Below, piece after piece: positions 17,849 to 27,224 of a stretch of 64,000 nt of DNA. A program made the translations under genes and the position numbers. The stretch comes from Parcubacteria group bacterium (GTDB lineage Bacteria; Patescibacteriota; Minisyncoccia; Phycocordibacterales; UBA2135). The first letter of the stretch is position 1; each line of letters begins with the position of its first letter. The notes beneath the pieces were generated by a model. That model was given only the letters and a program-made list of their open reading frames with translations. It did no database searches and had not been told where the DNA came from. Where the stretch lies: NCBI GenBank assembly GCA_016204045.1, contig JACQLQ010000001.1:257792-321791 (forward strand). Reading direction: 5' to 3'.

Positions 17849-18457
17849 ATGCTTAATACAACAACCTTGAGCATCGCGGGTTTTGTCGCCGTTGTCTTTG
17901 TTGCCGCAGGGTTTCTCTTCTTTTCTCAAGAAAAGACCCCCGGAAACGAAGCGACACCCGTCACTATTGCTCCTATGACTACAAACGTTATCATGAAGAC
18001 AAATAAAGGCGAGATTGAACTCGAGCTTTTGAGCGATCTTGCTCCCAAGACCGTCGAGAACTTTCTTACGCTTGCGAAAAGCGGCTTTTACAATGGAGTG
18101 AAATTCCACCGCGTCATACAGGGCTTCATGATCCAAGGGGGAGACCCTCTTTCCAAGGATGATGCACAAAAAGGTGGGTGGGGAACTGGTGGCCCGGGCT
18201 ATGCGTTTGAGGACGAGATCCATGCCGAGAACAAGAATCTCACGGGTACAATCGCTATGGCCAATGCTGGTCCAAATACGAACGGTAGCCAATTTTTCAT
18301 CAACACGGCTGACAATGTCTTTCTTAACGACAAGCACACTGTTTTTGGTAAAGTAGTTAGGGGTCTTGATGTGGTGCGCCTCATCGAAGATACCCCGACT
18401 GATGGAAACGATCGACCAGTTTCGAGCGTCGTAATTGAAGGCATCATCGTGAAATAA
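17849..18457 (+). CDS. ppiA: Cyclophilin-type peptidyl-prolyl isomerase with N-terminal anchor
   Basis: FHRVIQGFMIQGGDP, AMANAGPNTNGSQFFI and HTVFGKV motifs. Confidence 0.95.
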   Translation: MLNTTTLSIAGFVAVVFVAAGFLFFSQEKTPGNEATPVTIAPMTTNVIMKTNKGEIELELLSDLAPKTVENFLTLAKSGFYNGVKFHRVIQGFMIQGGDPLSKDDAQKGGWGTGGPGYAFEDEIHAENKNLTGTIAMANAGPNTNGSQFFINTADNVFLNDKHTVFGKVVRGLDVVRLIEDTPTDGNDRPVSSVVIEGIIVK

Positions 18458-18617
18458 CCCTGGCTATATCCCTTGAACTCAAGAAAAAATTACTGCTGTA
18501 CGGCAGTAATTTTTTTAAATGTTTGCACGAAGGGGAAGTGCGTGGTGTGGAAAACGTAGGCGAGACAAGGTGCTATACTAATTACATATACTAATTACTA
18601 ACAAGTAATCATTACTT

Positions 18618-19001
18618 ATGCAGCTTTCCCCAGTAGATATTTTTGCAACAGTGTTCGCTGTGCTCGTGTTGGTCAAGCTCGTGGTTGTGCTCATCGACGC
18701 AAAGGCGTGGATGAAATATGTCGCAGACCCGATTTACAAAAACCCCAATATCGCGATGGGTGTGTATCTCGCCCTCCTCGCGCTTGCCGCCTATTACCTC
18801 CGACCGATTATTTCGGCCGCAGAGTTTGGGTCAGTCTTGTTTATTGCTGCGTTTCTCTTTGGTATTGCATTTCTCCCGTATGCGAAAGAGACACTCAAAT
18901 TTCGTGATGCCATTATAGCAAAAGGGCTTGGCAAGGCGTGGTTCCCAGTGCTTCTCTGGGCACTCCTCGCGGTGGCTGTTCTCTACGGCGTGTACAATTA
19001 G
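18618..19001 (+). CDS. Small four-TM membrane protein
   Basis: Hydrophobic ORF with clear start. Confidence 0.75.
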   Translation: MQLSPVDIFATVFAVLVLVKLVVVLIDAKAWMKYVADPIYKNPNIAMGVYLALLALAAYYLRPIISAAEFGSVLFIAAFLFGIAFLPYAKETLKFRDAIIAKGLGKAWFPVLLWALLAVAVLYGVYN

Positions 19002-19072
19002 TTTGAGGGTTAGTATACGGTTTGACCACATTTGAAAAATGCGGCGTACTGTTCTAGTATGCTTTGTATAGT

Positions 19073-20167
19073 ATGAGACGTCGACGCGTTCCCAGGAAAA
19101 CGAGTTTGCTCCTCGCCCGTGTAGTAGTCGGGGCGACTTTTGCGTTACATGCTGGGATCATCATTCCAGCCCCTGTTCTACCTGCCCAAATGGTGGCAAT
19201 GGAGAGCGGAAGGATGTCGCTCTACGTACCCCCCTTTCTTTCGTATGAAGATGTCTTCGGAGCGAGGGTCGCCCCTAAGGTGGTGGCTGCTACGCAAGAA
19301 GAGAGTGAGGACGCTTCAGAAACGGTTTCAAAAAAGACACCAGAAAAGCCCTCTGTCGTCGCCGAGAAACCAAAGCCAAAGGTCGTCCCTCTTGTGAATC
19401 TTGCGGCGCCGCAGGCAATAGAGGTGGTAGCCCCACCTCCGCCGCAAGCAGTAGCTCTTCCAACGGATGAAAACGGCCCCGACTTCGTTCTCTCGGCATT
19501 TTCGCACTACGGCGCGCCCATTGACGAAGGGCAAGCACCATCCTTGTCAGTCATTGTAACGAACAAGGGAAAAAGTAAAACCGAAGAAAAAATCCGCGTT
19601 CAGTTTTTTGTGGACAAGGACAGCAACGGCACGCGCGATGTCGCTTTTTCTGCGCAGGAAAGTCGCCCCTTAGATATAAACGATCAAGAGACGCTCATAT
19701 GGAAAAACGCGTGGACCCTCGTCTCCGGTACACATCGCCTTGAGGTATGTGCGGATGTGCTTAATCTCGTCGTCGAAATCAACGAAGACAACAACTGCGT
19801 CTCGATGATTCTTGAGGTCGGCTCAAAGATGGACAACGCCGATCTTGTCGTCTCTGCGGCCTCGTATGCGCCGACGAATCCAACCCCCGGGATGTCCGTG
19901 TCGTTCTTTGCAGAAATTGCGAACCAGGGAAAGAAGACGTCAACAACACAGTATGTTTCTCTCCTGATCAATGGCGTTATAACAGGGAGGACGGGCATTG
20001 CTTCGATACCAGTAGGAGGAGAAGGGAAGACGGTTGAATGGAAGACGGTTTGGAAAGCAGTGGCCGGTACCCACACCTATGATATTTGCGCCGACAGCAC
20101 CAATCGAATCCATGAGCCAAATGAAGACAATAACTGCGCGAAGGGAACGTTCGTTGTAACTCCGTAG
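19073..20167 (+). CDS. Secreted protein with two CARDB (Ig-like) domains
   Basis: PDF/ADL...V/IxNxG...GTH...CAD...ExNEDNNC occurs twice; Pro/Lys-rich linker. Confidence 0.85.
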   Translation: MRRRRVPRKTSLLLARVVVGATFALHAGIIIPAPVLPAQMVAMESGRMSLYVPPFLSYEDVFGARVAPKVVAATQEESEDASETVSKKTPEKPSVVAEKPKPKVVPLVNLAAPQAIEVVAPPPPQAVALPTDENGPDFVLSAFSHYGAPIDEGQAPSLSVIVTNKGKSKTEEKIRVQFFVDKDSNGTRDVAFSAQESRPLDINDQETLIWKNAWTLVSGTHRLEVCADVLNLVVEINEDNNCVSMILEVGSKMDNADLVVSAASYAPTNPTPGMSVSFFAEIANQGKKTSTTQYVSLLINGVITGRTGIASIPVGGEGKTVEWKTVWKAVAGTHTYDICADSTNRIHEPNEDNNCAKGTFVVTP

Positions 20168-20245
20168 GAGAGCTGATATGTAAAATGATATGTAAAACCC
20201 CCGGACAGGTCCGGGGGGTACTATGCGTACTATCGTGGCGATACT

Positions 20246-21043
20246 TCAGGCGGTGGCTCTCGCCGCCGCCGCCCTTGTGGCGCGGTTAGCGTAGATCTTC
20301 TCTAACATCTTCCCAATCGGGATGACGTAGTCGACGAGCGTTCCATCGGCGTCGCGGAAGTTCCCATTGACTTTGATGTATCCCTCGTCGATAAGCATTC
20401 TCATCGCCAAAGCGAGTGACTGGGGGATGCCGTTCACGCGCGTCGCCTCGAAGATGCGTAGGCTGCGACGGCCCACATGTGCGTATTCAGTCGGCTGTTT
20501 GTCCTGCTCCCGAATCTGCGTGACGCGGTTGAGGGCCGCTGCATACGCGAGGTAGCTGGAGAGGCTGCCGTCATAGGCGAATGCGTGCTTGATGCGCGCC
20601 CGCCTCGATTGCCTAGAGTAGGCACCCAAGAGGGAGGCAACAAGGCGCGGCCAGGGGACGGCATGCCAGCGACATTGCTTCTTCTCGCTGACACCTTTGC
20701 CGTGAGAGTGCTCGAGCACGACTTCGTCTCTGCCCCGGCTCGACAGGAAGGCGATTACATGAGCCGCCGTTGCCGTTGGGTCATCGAGATCCGAGAACCG
20801 CTCCATCGCTGGCATGGCCCCGAGTGGGTACACGTCGTCGTAGCGGTAATGAAGGTCCGCGAGCAATATGAACGGTGCGTCGAGGAGTCGTTCGATTCGG
20901 TGGTTAGCCGAGACGAGGGTAGGGGCGACGAGACGACTGAATGCCTCTCGCTTGATGCCCGACAGAGCGTCGTCGGCAAGGTTGCCTCTGATGATGTTCA
21001 AGGATTTCCTCCGCGTTTTCCGCCTTTCGGCGGTCCAGGCCAA
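20246..21043 (-). CDS. Hypothetical protein (start uncertain)
   Basis: 265-aa ORF; TTGACA-N17-TATAAT upstream on minus strand; hairpin terminator ~20195-20220. Confidence 0.6.
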   Translation of the reverse strand: MAWTAERRKTRRKSLNIIRGNLADDALSGIKREAFSRLVAPTLVSANHRIERLLDAPFILLADLHYRYDDVYPLGAMPAMERFSDLDDPTATAAHVIAFLSSRGRDEVVLEHSHGKGVSEKKQCRWHAVPWPRLVASLLGAYSRQSRRARIKHAFAYDGSLSSYLAYAAALNRVTQIREQDKQPTEYAHVGRRSLRIFEATRVNGIPQSLALAMRMLIDEGYIKVNGNFRDADGTLVDYVIPIGKMLEKIYANRATRAAAARATA

Positions 21044-21140
21044 TTATATCATATTTTACATAGCCTGTCAATCAATTACGCCACAGAGAAAAAGCTCGCG
21101 GGAGTGTCGCAGGTATCGGTCAGTGGTATACACTCCCGCC

Positions 21141-21716
21141 ATGACGAAGCGCAAAGTGGCTCTCCTCGGGAGACGTAAAATAGCCTATACAGTGAGGCGA
21201 AATGCCCGGGCAAGGCAGATCGGTATTACGATCTACCCCAACGGGAGCGTCGTACTCACAGTCCCACAGAGTGACACACTACGAAGCGCTGAAGCCTTTC
21301 TCCGAGCAAAGGCCGATTGGGTATTAGGACTCATACGGCAATCGAAGACGGAGCGTGCGAAACGGCTTCCGCCTCCAAACAAACGATACTATCTCCTCAA
21401 TCATGATCGGGCGCGCGACCTCATTACCTCTCGCCTTGAGCATTTCAATGAACATTATGGTTTTCGATATCGTGATGTACGTATTAAAAATCTTCTTTCG
21501 CAGTGGGGGAGCTGTTCGGATAAGAAGAACCTGAACTTCAACTACCGCATTATGTTTCTTTCGCCGCGCCTCCGAGATTATGTGATTGTGCACGAGCTGT
21601 GTCACTCCGCCCAAATGAATCACTCTGCATCTTTCTGGCGGCTTGTTGAAGAGATGTTTCCTAACTATAAAGCACTGGAAGAAAGACTTGGGCGCTACAC
21701 GCTCGCGCGCTTCTAA
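21141..21716 (+). CDS. YgjP/M48-like (DUF45) metal-dependent hydrolase
   Basis: QWGSCS, LNFN, YVIVHELCH and NHSASFW motifs. Confidence 0.9.
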   Translation: MTKRKVALLGRRKIAYTVRRNARARQIGITIYPNGSVVLTVPQSDTLRSAEAFLRAKADWVLGLIRQSKTERAKRLPPPNKRYYLLNHDRARDLITSRLEHFNEHYGFRYRDVRIKNLLSQWGSCSDKKNLNFNYRIMFLSPRLRDYVIVHELCHSAQMNHSASFWRLVEEMFPNYKALEERLGRYTLARF

Positions 21717-21798
21717 GCGGAGGGTGGGGTTACCACAATATATTGACAAAAGTCTTTTATATTGTATTATTGTAACGGAGTCCCATGGAGGTAGTGTC

Positions 21799-22083
21799 GT
21801 GAAAAACCTCGCGGTCCAAGATTTTGTGGTGTATTGTCAGCCGTTGGTGTCGGAGGGTGGCGCGACAACGGTTCAGGGTTACGTATTGCACACCGACACG
21901 GCCAAGCTCAGCGCCTTTTGCGCGGGGTACCGTCAAAGGTGCAATCTCGTGCCGCAAGAAAATGCACTATACGTTATTGACCCGACCTTCTCACTTGAGG
22001 CCGATAACATGATGGTGCTTCGCGGTGGTGGCACCGTGCTCGTGTTGAACAATGATCTCCCGCCGCAACGACGGCTTCACTAA
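21799..22083 (+). CDS. Hypothetical protein
   Basis: GTG start after GGAGGT SD; TTGACA promoter at 21743; downstream hairpin. Confidence 0.55.
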   Translation: MKNLAVQDFVVYCQPLVSEGGATTVQGYVLHTDTAKLSAFCAGYRQRCNLVPQENALYVIDPTFSLEADNMMVLRGGGTVLVLNNDLPPQRRLH

Positions 22084-22150
22084 TATATAGTTACGTATGT
22101 CACCCGTGTTCGCTCAGTTGGCGAATGCGGGTTTTTGATATACTAAAGAT

Positions 22151-23371
22151 ATGACTTCGCGCGCATTGTTTTCTCCCGCACCCGTACTCTTGCTCGGAGG
22201 GTTACTCCTTGCTTTTGGCGCATACTTAGATATTCCAGTGCTTCGAGTGCCTGGCGAGCTAGTTGCGAACACTATCTTCGGCGTAGGACTTTCACCTGAC
22301 GAGCTTCGCGCCAGGTATTGGACAGGCCCTCTGCCTATATTGATTGTTCCCGGACACGACAACGCCTCGCGGGGGACACAGTTCAGGGGTTTGAAAGAAG
22401 GAGACCTTAACGTCACACTTGGCTATCTCCTCTACGACGTCTTAGCAAAAGACCCGCGTTTTGTGCCCATGATAAACCGCACCCCCGACGGGGAGTATGC
22501 ACTGTGGTTTGCTTCATACATGAAAGAGAATCGTGTTGCGATTCAGGAGTTTCGGACACAATCAAAGGTGAAGACGCGCTATTTTGCGACTCAAGGTCTC
22601 TATGATCCGCGCCGTCTTGTGCACCACAACCCCGCCGCGGACAATGTCTCTGTTGCGCTCTATGCCGTAAACAAATGGGCAAATGACCAAGACGTTCCCG
22701 TTGTGCTCCACCTTCACTTCAACGACTATCCGCGCCGCAAAAAGACGGAAGTCGGTGAATACTCGGGGTTTGCGATTTATGTGCCCGAAGGCCAACTGCC
22801 CAATGCGGGCGTCTCGACCGCGCTTGCAGAAATGCTCGCAGAACGTCTGGGGCGTGTCGTCGGTCCCAGCAACTTGCCTGGCGAGAAAGGGCCAATTGTT
22901 CCCGACCAAGAGCTCATTGCCGTTGGCTCAAACGGCTCTCGAAATGGCGCGTCGGCAGTGATTGAGTACAGCTATATTTACGAACCACAGCTCCACGACC
23001 CCGAGGTTCGTCAGCTCTTCCTTCGTGAACTAGCGCACCAGACGTATCTGGGGCTCAAGGCATTTTTTGACCCCGGGGTGCTTGCATACGCCGGAGTGCC
23101 CCCGACAACGTTATTGCCGTATGAATGGACATCAAAAACAGTTGTCGATGGCATGCGCGGTAAAGAAGTTTTTGCGCTTCAATCGGCGCTCCGCATTAGT
23201 GGATATTACCCGCCCTCCGGGCTCTCGCTTGCAAGCTGTCCATTGTCGGGCAACTATGGCCCCTGCACCACCTTTGCGGTGAAGGCATTCCAGCAAGCAT
23301 GGGGTCTCGCGCCATCCGGGTCAGCCGATGAAGCAACGCTCGAAGCAATAAAAGGCATTGGTGCAAAATGA
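22151..23371 (+). CDS. N-acetylmuramoyl-L-alanine amidase with C-terminal peptidoglycan-binding domain
   Basis: PGHD...E, LHLHFND and IEYSY amidase_3 motifs; V..LQ..L...G.YGP.T..AVKAFQ PG_binding_1. Confidence 0.88.
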   Translation: MTSRALFSPAPVLLLGGLLLAFGAYLDIPVLRVPGELVANTIFGVGLSPDELRARYWTGPLPILIVPGHDNASRGTQFRGLKEGDLNVTLGYLLYDVLAKDPRFVPMINRTPDGEYALWFASYMKENRVAIQEFRTQSKVKTRYFATQGLYDPRRLVHHNPAADNVSVALYAVNKWANDQDVPVVLHLHFNDYPRRKKTEVGEYSGFAIYVPEGQLPNAGVSTALAEMLAERLGRVVGPSNLPGEKGPIVPDQELIAVGSNGSRNGASAVIEYSYIYEPQLHDPEVRQLFLRELAHQTYLGLKAFFDPGVLAYAGVPPTTLLPYEWTSKTVVDGMRGKEVFALQSALRISGYYPPSGLSLASCPLSGNYGPCTTFAVKAFQQAWGLAPSGSADEATLEAIKGIGAK

Positions 23372-23476
23372 TCCCATTAGAAGTCGCGGGAATCAAAAGT
23401 GCGGTAATCCACGCAATGCCTAATTCTGAGTTGGGGAGCGTAAACGGTTTGTACGATTCCCTACTTCTAACGGGAT
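23371..23476. mobile_element. MITE/RPE-like palindromic element at a start codon (copy A)
   Basis: TIR ATCCCATTAGAAG / CTTCTAACGGGAT; ATGA present at both boundaries; similar to 27107-27224. Confidence 0.7.
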
Positions 23477-23882
23477 GAAACGGAAAGAATTTGAAAAACT
23501 TGTTTTGGAAAGCTACGCGGCACTGCCGTCGCGTTTTCAAGAGCGAGTCAAAAATGTAGCTGTCTTGGTAGAAGATGAGCCGTCGACTGCCCTGCGGCAA
23601 GAAGAGGGCCTCGTGCCAGATGAAACGCTTCTTGGACACTACCGCGGGATTCCTGCGACGGAGCGTGGAGAAGACTATGGTGTTGGGGTGACACTGCCGG
23701 ACACGATAACACTCTATCAAAAGCCGATTGAAGAAGCGGCGCACGAACTTTCGGAAGGGGTGGAAGGAGTGTTCGAGGAGAAAGTGAAAGAAGTGATCTC
23801 CGATACTGTGTGGCACGAATTTGCGCACTACTTTGGCATGGATGAAAATGATGTCGCATTGCGAGAGCGCGCGGAGGAGTAG
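23475..23882 (+). CDS. Zincin-like metallopeptidase (DUF1025-like)
   Basis: LLGHYRG, LPDTITLYQKPI and HEFAHYFG motifs. Confidence 0.9.
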   Translation: MKRKEFEKLVLESYAALPSRFQERVKNVAVLVEDEPSTALRQEEGLVPDETLLGHYRGIPATERGEDYGVGVTLPDTITLYQKPIEEAAHELSEGVEGVFEEKVKEVISDTVWHEFAHYFGMDENDVALRERAEE

Positions 23883-23903
23883 AGGTGTGGTATCATATTT
23901 TGT

Positions 23904-25184
23904 ATGAATGTCAGTGCATTTGAGGCGTACCACGCGCATTTAAAAAGAGCAGCAGAGATCCTCGGGCTCTCGGAGGAGACCGTTCTGCGTTTCCGTGAAC
24001 CTGACAGGAACATTGTAAAAACACTCACGATTGAACGCGATAGCGGCGAGCATGTGTCGCTTAGTGCCTATCGTGTTCAGTTCTCAAACGCGCGCGGACC
24101 TTACAAAGGCGGTATCCGTTTCCACCCCGAAGCAGACTTGGATGAAGTTAAATCACTTGCGGCTGAAATGGCTGTTAAGACAGCGGTTGTTGGGATTCCT
24201 TTTGGTGGGGCTAAGGGTGGCGTAGCTTTTGACCCAAAAGGGTATAGCAAGCAAGAAATTGAAAGGGTTGCGCGTGCCTATGCGCGTGCGTTCGCGGATG
24301 ATATTGGTCCTGATAAAGATATTCCAGCTCCGGACGTATACACCAATCCAGAGATCATGCAGTGGATGCTCGATGAATACGAGAAGGTGGTCGGACACGC
24401 GGCACCGGCCACATTTACCGGGAAACCAGTTCGCGCTGGTGGAAGCGAAGGGAGAGACACTGCGACAGCAGATGGTGCCATTTTTGTTTTAGAGGCATTC
24501 ATGAAAAAGAGAGGACTCAAGGTGTCTTCACAAGGTCGCGTTGCTATACAAGGGTTTGGCAACGCGGGGTTCAATGCTGCGCGCGTCCTTTACAATATGG
24601 GGTATACCATTGTCGCTGTCTCTGATTCAAAGGGTGCGATACATAAACCGACCGGTCTCGACCCGGAAGAAGTTAATCGTGTCAAAGAAGAGGGGCGTTC
24701 GGTTACAGAGCTCTATTGCAAAGGCTCTGTCTGTGACGCAAAAAAACTCGCAGATGATGGCGCGAGTGTTTTAAGTGGTGAGGATATATTCGGGGTCTCG
24801 TGCGATATTTTTATCCCCGCTGCGCTAGGTGGTGTTCTCACAAAAGAAAATGCATCTAAGGTGAAAGCTGCTGTGGTATTGGAGATAGCAAATGGCCCAA
24901 CAACCCCAGAGGCCGACCAGAGCCTGGAAGAACGCGGTATCGTCGTCATCCCTGACGTGCTTGCAAATGCAGGGGGTGTCGCAGTCTCATACTTTGAGTG
25001 GTTCCAGAACCAGAAAGGAGAAGCCTGGAGCAAGGAAGAGGTACGGAAGCGCCTTAAGGAGATGATGGAGAAAGCATTTGTTACTGTTTTTACTCGCGCA
25101 GAAAAAGATAAACTTACATTGCGTGACGCTGCTTACGCTGTCGCTTTTGAGAAAATTCTCGCGGCATCCCCCGAGAAAAGATAA
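23904..25184 (+). CDS. gdhA: Glu/Leu/Phe/Val (glutamate) dehydrogenase
   Basis: GPYKGGIRFHP, GGAKGG, DIPAPD, QGFGNAG and NAGGVAVSYFEW motifs. Confidence 0.95.
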   Translation: MNVSAFEAYHAHLKRAAEILGLSEETVLRFREPDRNIVKTLTIERDSGEHVSLSAYRVQFSNARGPYKGGIRFHPEADLDEVKSLAAEMAVKTAVVGIPFGGAKGGVAFDPKGYSKQEIERVARAYARAFADDIGPDKDIPAPDVYTNPEIMQWMLDEYEKVVGHAAPATFTGKPVRAGGSEGRDTATADGAIFVLEAFMKKRGLKVSSQGRVAIQGFGNAGFNAARVLYNMGYTIVAVSDSKGAIHKPTGLDPEEVNRVKEEGRSVTELYCKGSVCDAKKLADDGASVLSGEDIFGVSCDIFIPAALGGVLTKENASKVKAAVVLEIANGPTTPEADQSLEERGIVVIPDVLANAGGVAVSYFEWFQNQKGEAWSKEEVRKRLKEMMEKAFVTVFTRAEKDKLTLRDAAYAVAFEKILAASPEKR

Positions 25185-25311
25185 GTTTGTATCGGGGTGT
25201 GGATAACTGCTGCTGTCATGGGTATCACGCTTTTGATATCCTTAAGTAGTAAAGCTGAATTAATGTAATTTATTCAGGTCGAAGTATTAATCAAAAAATC
25301 GTTCTTTTATT

Positions 25312-25500
25312 ATGGACGTTCTCCACAAAATCTCGTTCTGGCTTCTCGTCATCGGTGGTTTGAACTGGCTCTTGTATGTCTTGGGCTGGGAAGTCGGAGG
25401 TGTCCTCTTGGGCGGCATGGATGCCATGCTTGCGCAGGTCGTCTACGTTGTCGTAGGACTTGCTGCGCTCTTTGAGGTCTTCTACTTCTTCAAGAAGTAG
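25312..25500 (+). CDS. DUF378 small membrane protein
   Basis: LLVIGGLNW and VYVVVGLAA motifs. Confidence 0.88.
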   Translation: MDVLHKISFWLLVIGGLNWLLYVLGWEVGGVLLGGMDAMLAQVVYVVVGLAALFEVFYFFKK

Positions 25501-25626
25501 AAGCAACAATTCATATCAGTTTCTTCTTTAAACAAATCCCCTTCACGGGGGTTTTGTTTTTGCTACAATTGCTCGTTCCACAAGCATGGTATATGCTCGA
25601 GAAAGAAATAGACGAGAGGTCTCCCT

Positions 25627-26196
25627 ATGACAGGCGATGTGTGGAAGGTTGTAATGCAGCAGCCTGGATACTCTGGTAAGCGCCGCGATGAGATCCGTCA
25701 AGGGTGGGATAAGGAATACGGTCCTCTTAATTGGCGCATTGCGTGGCAGGTGAACGACATAGTTACTGATTTTCTTGGCGTGTGTGCGCTCTATGAAGAC
25801 GCATACTTCAAATTCTTGTGCAGACATCAGGATGTTCTTGCCACTCTCGTGAACCAAGCTTCCGAAGTCTATGATGATGCACCGTCCAATGTCCTGTCGG
25901 GTTTTAACTATCTAGCGCAAGAGACAAACCGGACGCATATCCAAGACATCGCCATTCGAAAGTGCCTAGTCCGCATGGCCCTACAGTTTCGGGGGAAGGA
26001 ACTTATCCGGATTCGTGACAGCAGGGGAACGCATCCGCTCTCAAAAACACTCTCGCCTGGTCGCATACCGTTCCATGTGCGGCGTCTCATTGTAACCCCA
26101 GAGCTTTCTGGTTGGTGGGAGAAGGGAAGCGTTGAAAGTTTCTATCAATCGAATAAGGTATTGCAAGTGCGGAAGGGCTCATCACCCGCAGCGTAA
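25627..26196 (+). CDS. Hypothetical protein
   Basis: 189-aa ORF with SD GAGAGGT and own promoter-like and terminator-like signals. Confidence 0.75.
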   Translation: MTGDVWKVVMQQPGYSGKRRDEIRQGWDKEYGPLNWRIAWQVNDIVTDFLGVCALYEDAYFKFLCRHQDVLATLVNQASEVYDDAPSNVLSGFNYLAQETNRTHIQDIAIRKCLVRMALQFRGKELIRIRDSRGTHPLSKTLSPGRIPFHVRRLIVTPELSGWWEKGSVESFYQSNKVLQVRKGSSPAA

Positions 26197-26221
26197 TTAA
26201 ACAGGAGAAATCCTGTTTTTT

Positions 26222-26369
26222 ATTTCGTCGAGCGAGTGGGCAAAATGAAAATGTTTCAATTTTCATTTTCTCCGAGCGAAGACGAAATGAGGGTAGACTA
26301 CCGCGCGGCTTGCCGCGCATTGCTGCGAGCGAAGCAAGCTCCTCCAATACCTCGGGGCTTGCCCCGAGG
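26222..26369. repeat. Cluster of REP-like hairpins
   Basis: ATTTCGTC...GACGAAAT long stem; CGCGGCTTGCCGCG; CCTCGGGGCTTGCCCCGAGG. Confidence 0.55.
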
Positions 26370-26405
26370 ACACCTTTATTTTCTCCGTAATGATACAATG
26401 CGTGA

Positions 26406-27032
26406 ATGATAGATAAAGAGGTAAAACGCCGTGCCGCGGCACTCCTTCGTGCGCTTACGAAGTTGTTCCCCAATCCCAAGATTGTTCTCAAGTACCACTC
26501 CAACTGGGAGCTTTTGGTTGCGGTGGAGTTATCTGCACAATGCACAGACAAGAAAGTGAACGAAGTAACTGAAAGACTTTTTAAAAAATACAGGACTCTT
26601 GATGACTATGTGCGTGCCGACCCGCGAGAGTTCGAGATAGATATTCACTCCACGGGTTTCTTTAGGAACAAGACAAAGAACATTCTTGCGGCCGCAAAGA
26701 TGGTAAAGGAGAAACACGGCGGTCGTGTGCCTGACACGATGGAAGAGCTTATCGAATTACCGGGTGTTGCGCGCAAGACCGCAAACATCATTCTCGGAAA
26801 TGCCTTTGGCAAAGTAGAGGGGATTGCGGTTGATACGCACGTCATACGCCTTGGGCATCGCTTCGGGCTCTCGAAAGAAAAAAATCCGGAGAAGATTGAA
26901 AGAGACTTGATGGCGACCTTCCCCAAAAAGGAGTGGTTCAAGCTCACCTATCGCCTCATTGAATACGGGCGTAACTACTGTCCTGCGCGTGGATGTCCGG
27001 ATGACCACCCCCTAGCACGTTTTGACGCCTAA
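26406..27032 (+). CDS. nth: Endonuclease III
   Basis: LSAQCTDKKVN, LPGVARKTAN (HhH, catalytic Lys) and VDTHV motifs. Confidence 0.95.
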   Translation: MIDKEVKRRAAALLRALTKLFPNPKIVLKYHSNWELLVAVELSAQCTDKKVNEVTERLFKKYRTLDDYVRADPREFEIDIHSTGFFRNKTKNILAAAKMVKEKHGGRVPDTMEELIELPGVARKTANIILGNAFGKVEGIAVDTHVIRLGHRFGLSKEKNPEKIERDLMATFPKKEWFKLTYRLIEYGRNYCPARGCPDDHPLARFDA

Positions 27033-27106
27033 TTTTGAGTATTTTCTAATCATATTTTCTCTTGCATAGACTGGCTGGAGGTGTGTATACTTTCAGTTAC
27101 TATGGA

Positions 27107-27224
27107 ATCCCGTTAGAGGCCACGATCATTCGCAGGTTTCTGGCTGGAGATGGGAATAGCTTACCAATTTTAATTCTAAGGCGGGGAACGATTTTCATAT
27201 GATCGTGATCGCCTCTAACGGGAT
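27107..27224. mobile_element. MITE/RPE-like palindromic element at a start codon (copy B)
   Basis: Perfect TIR ATCCCGTTAGAGGC / GCCTCTAACGGGAT; ATGGAA present at both boundaries. Confidence 0.72.
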
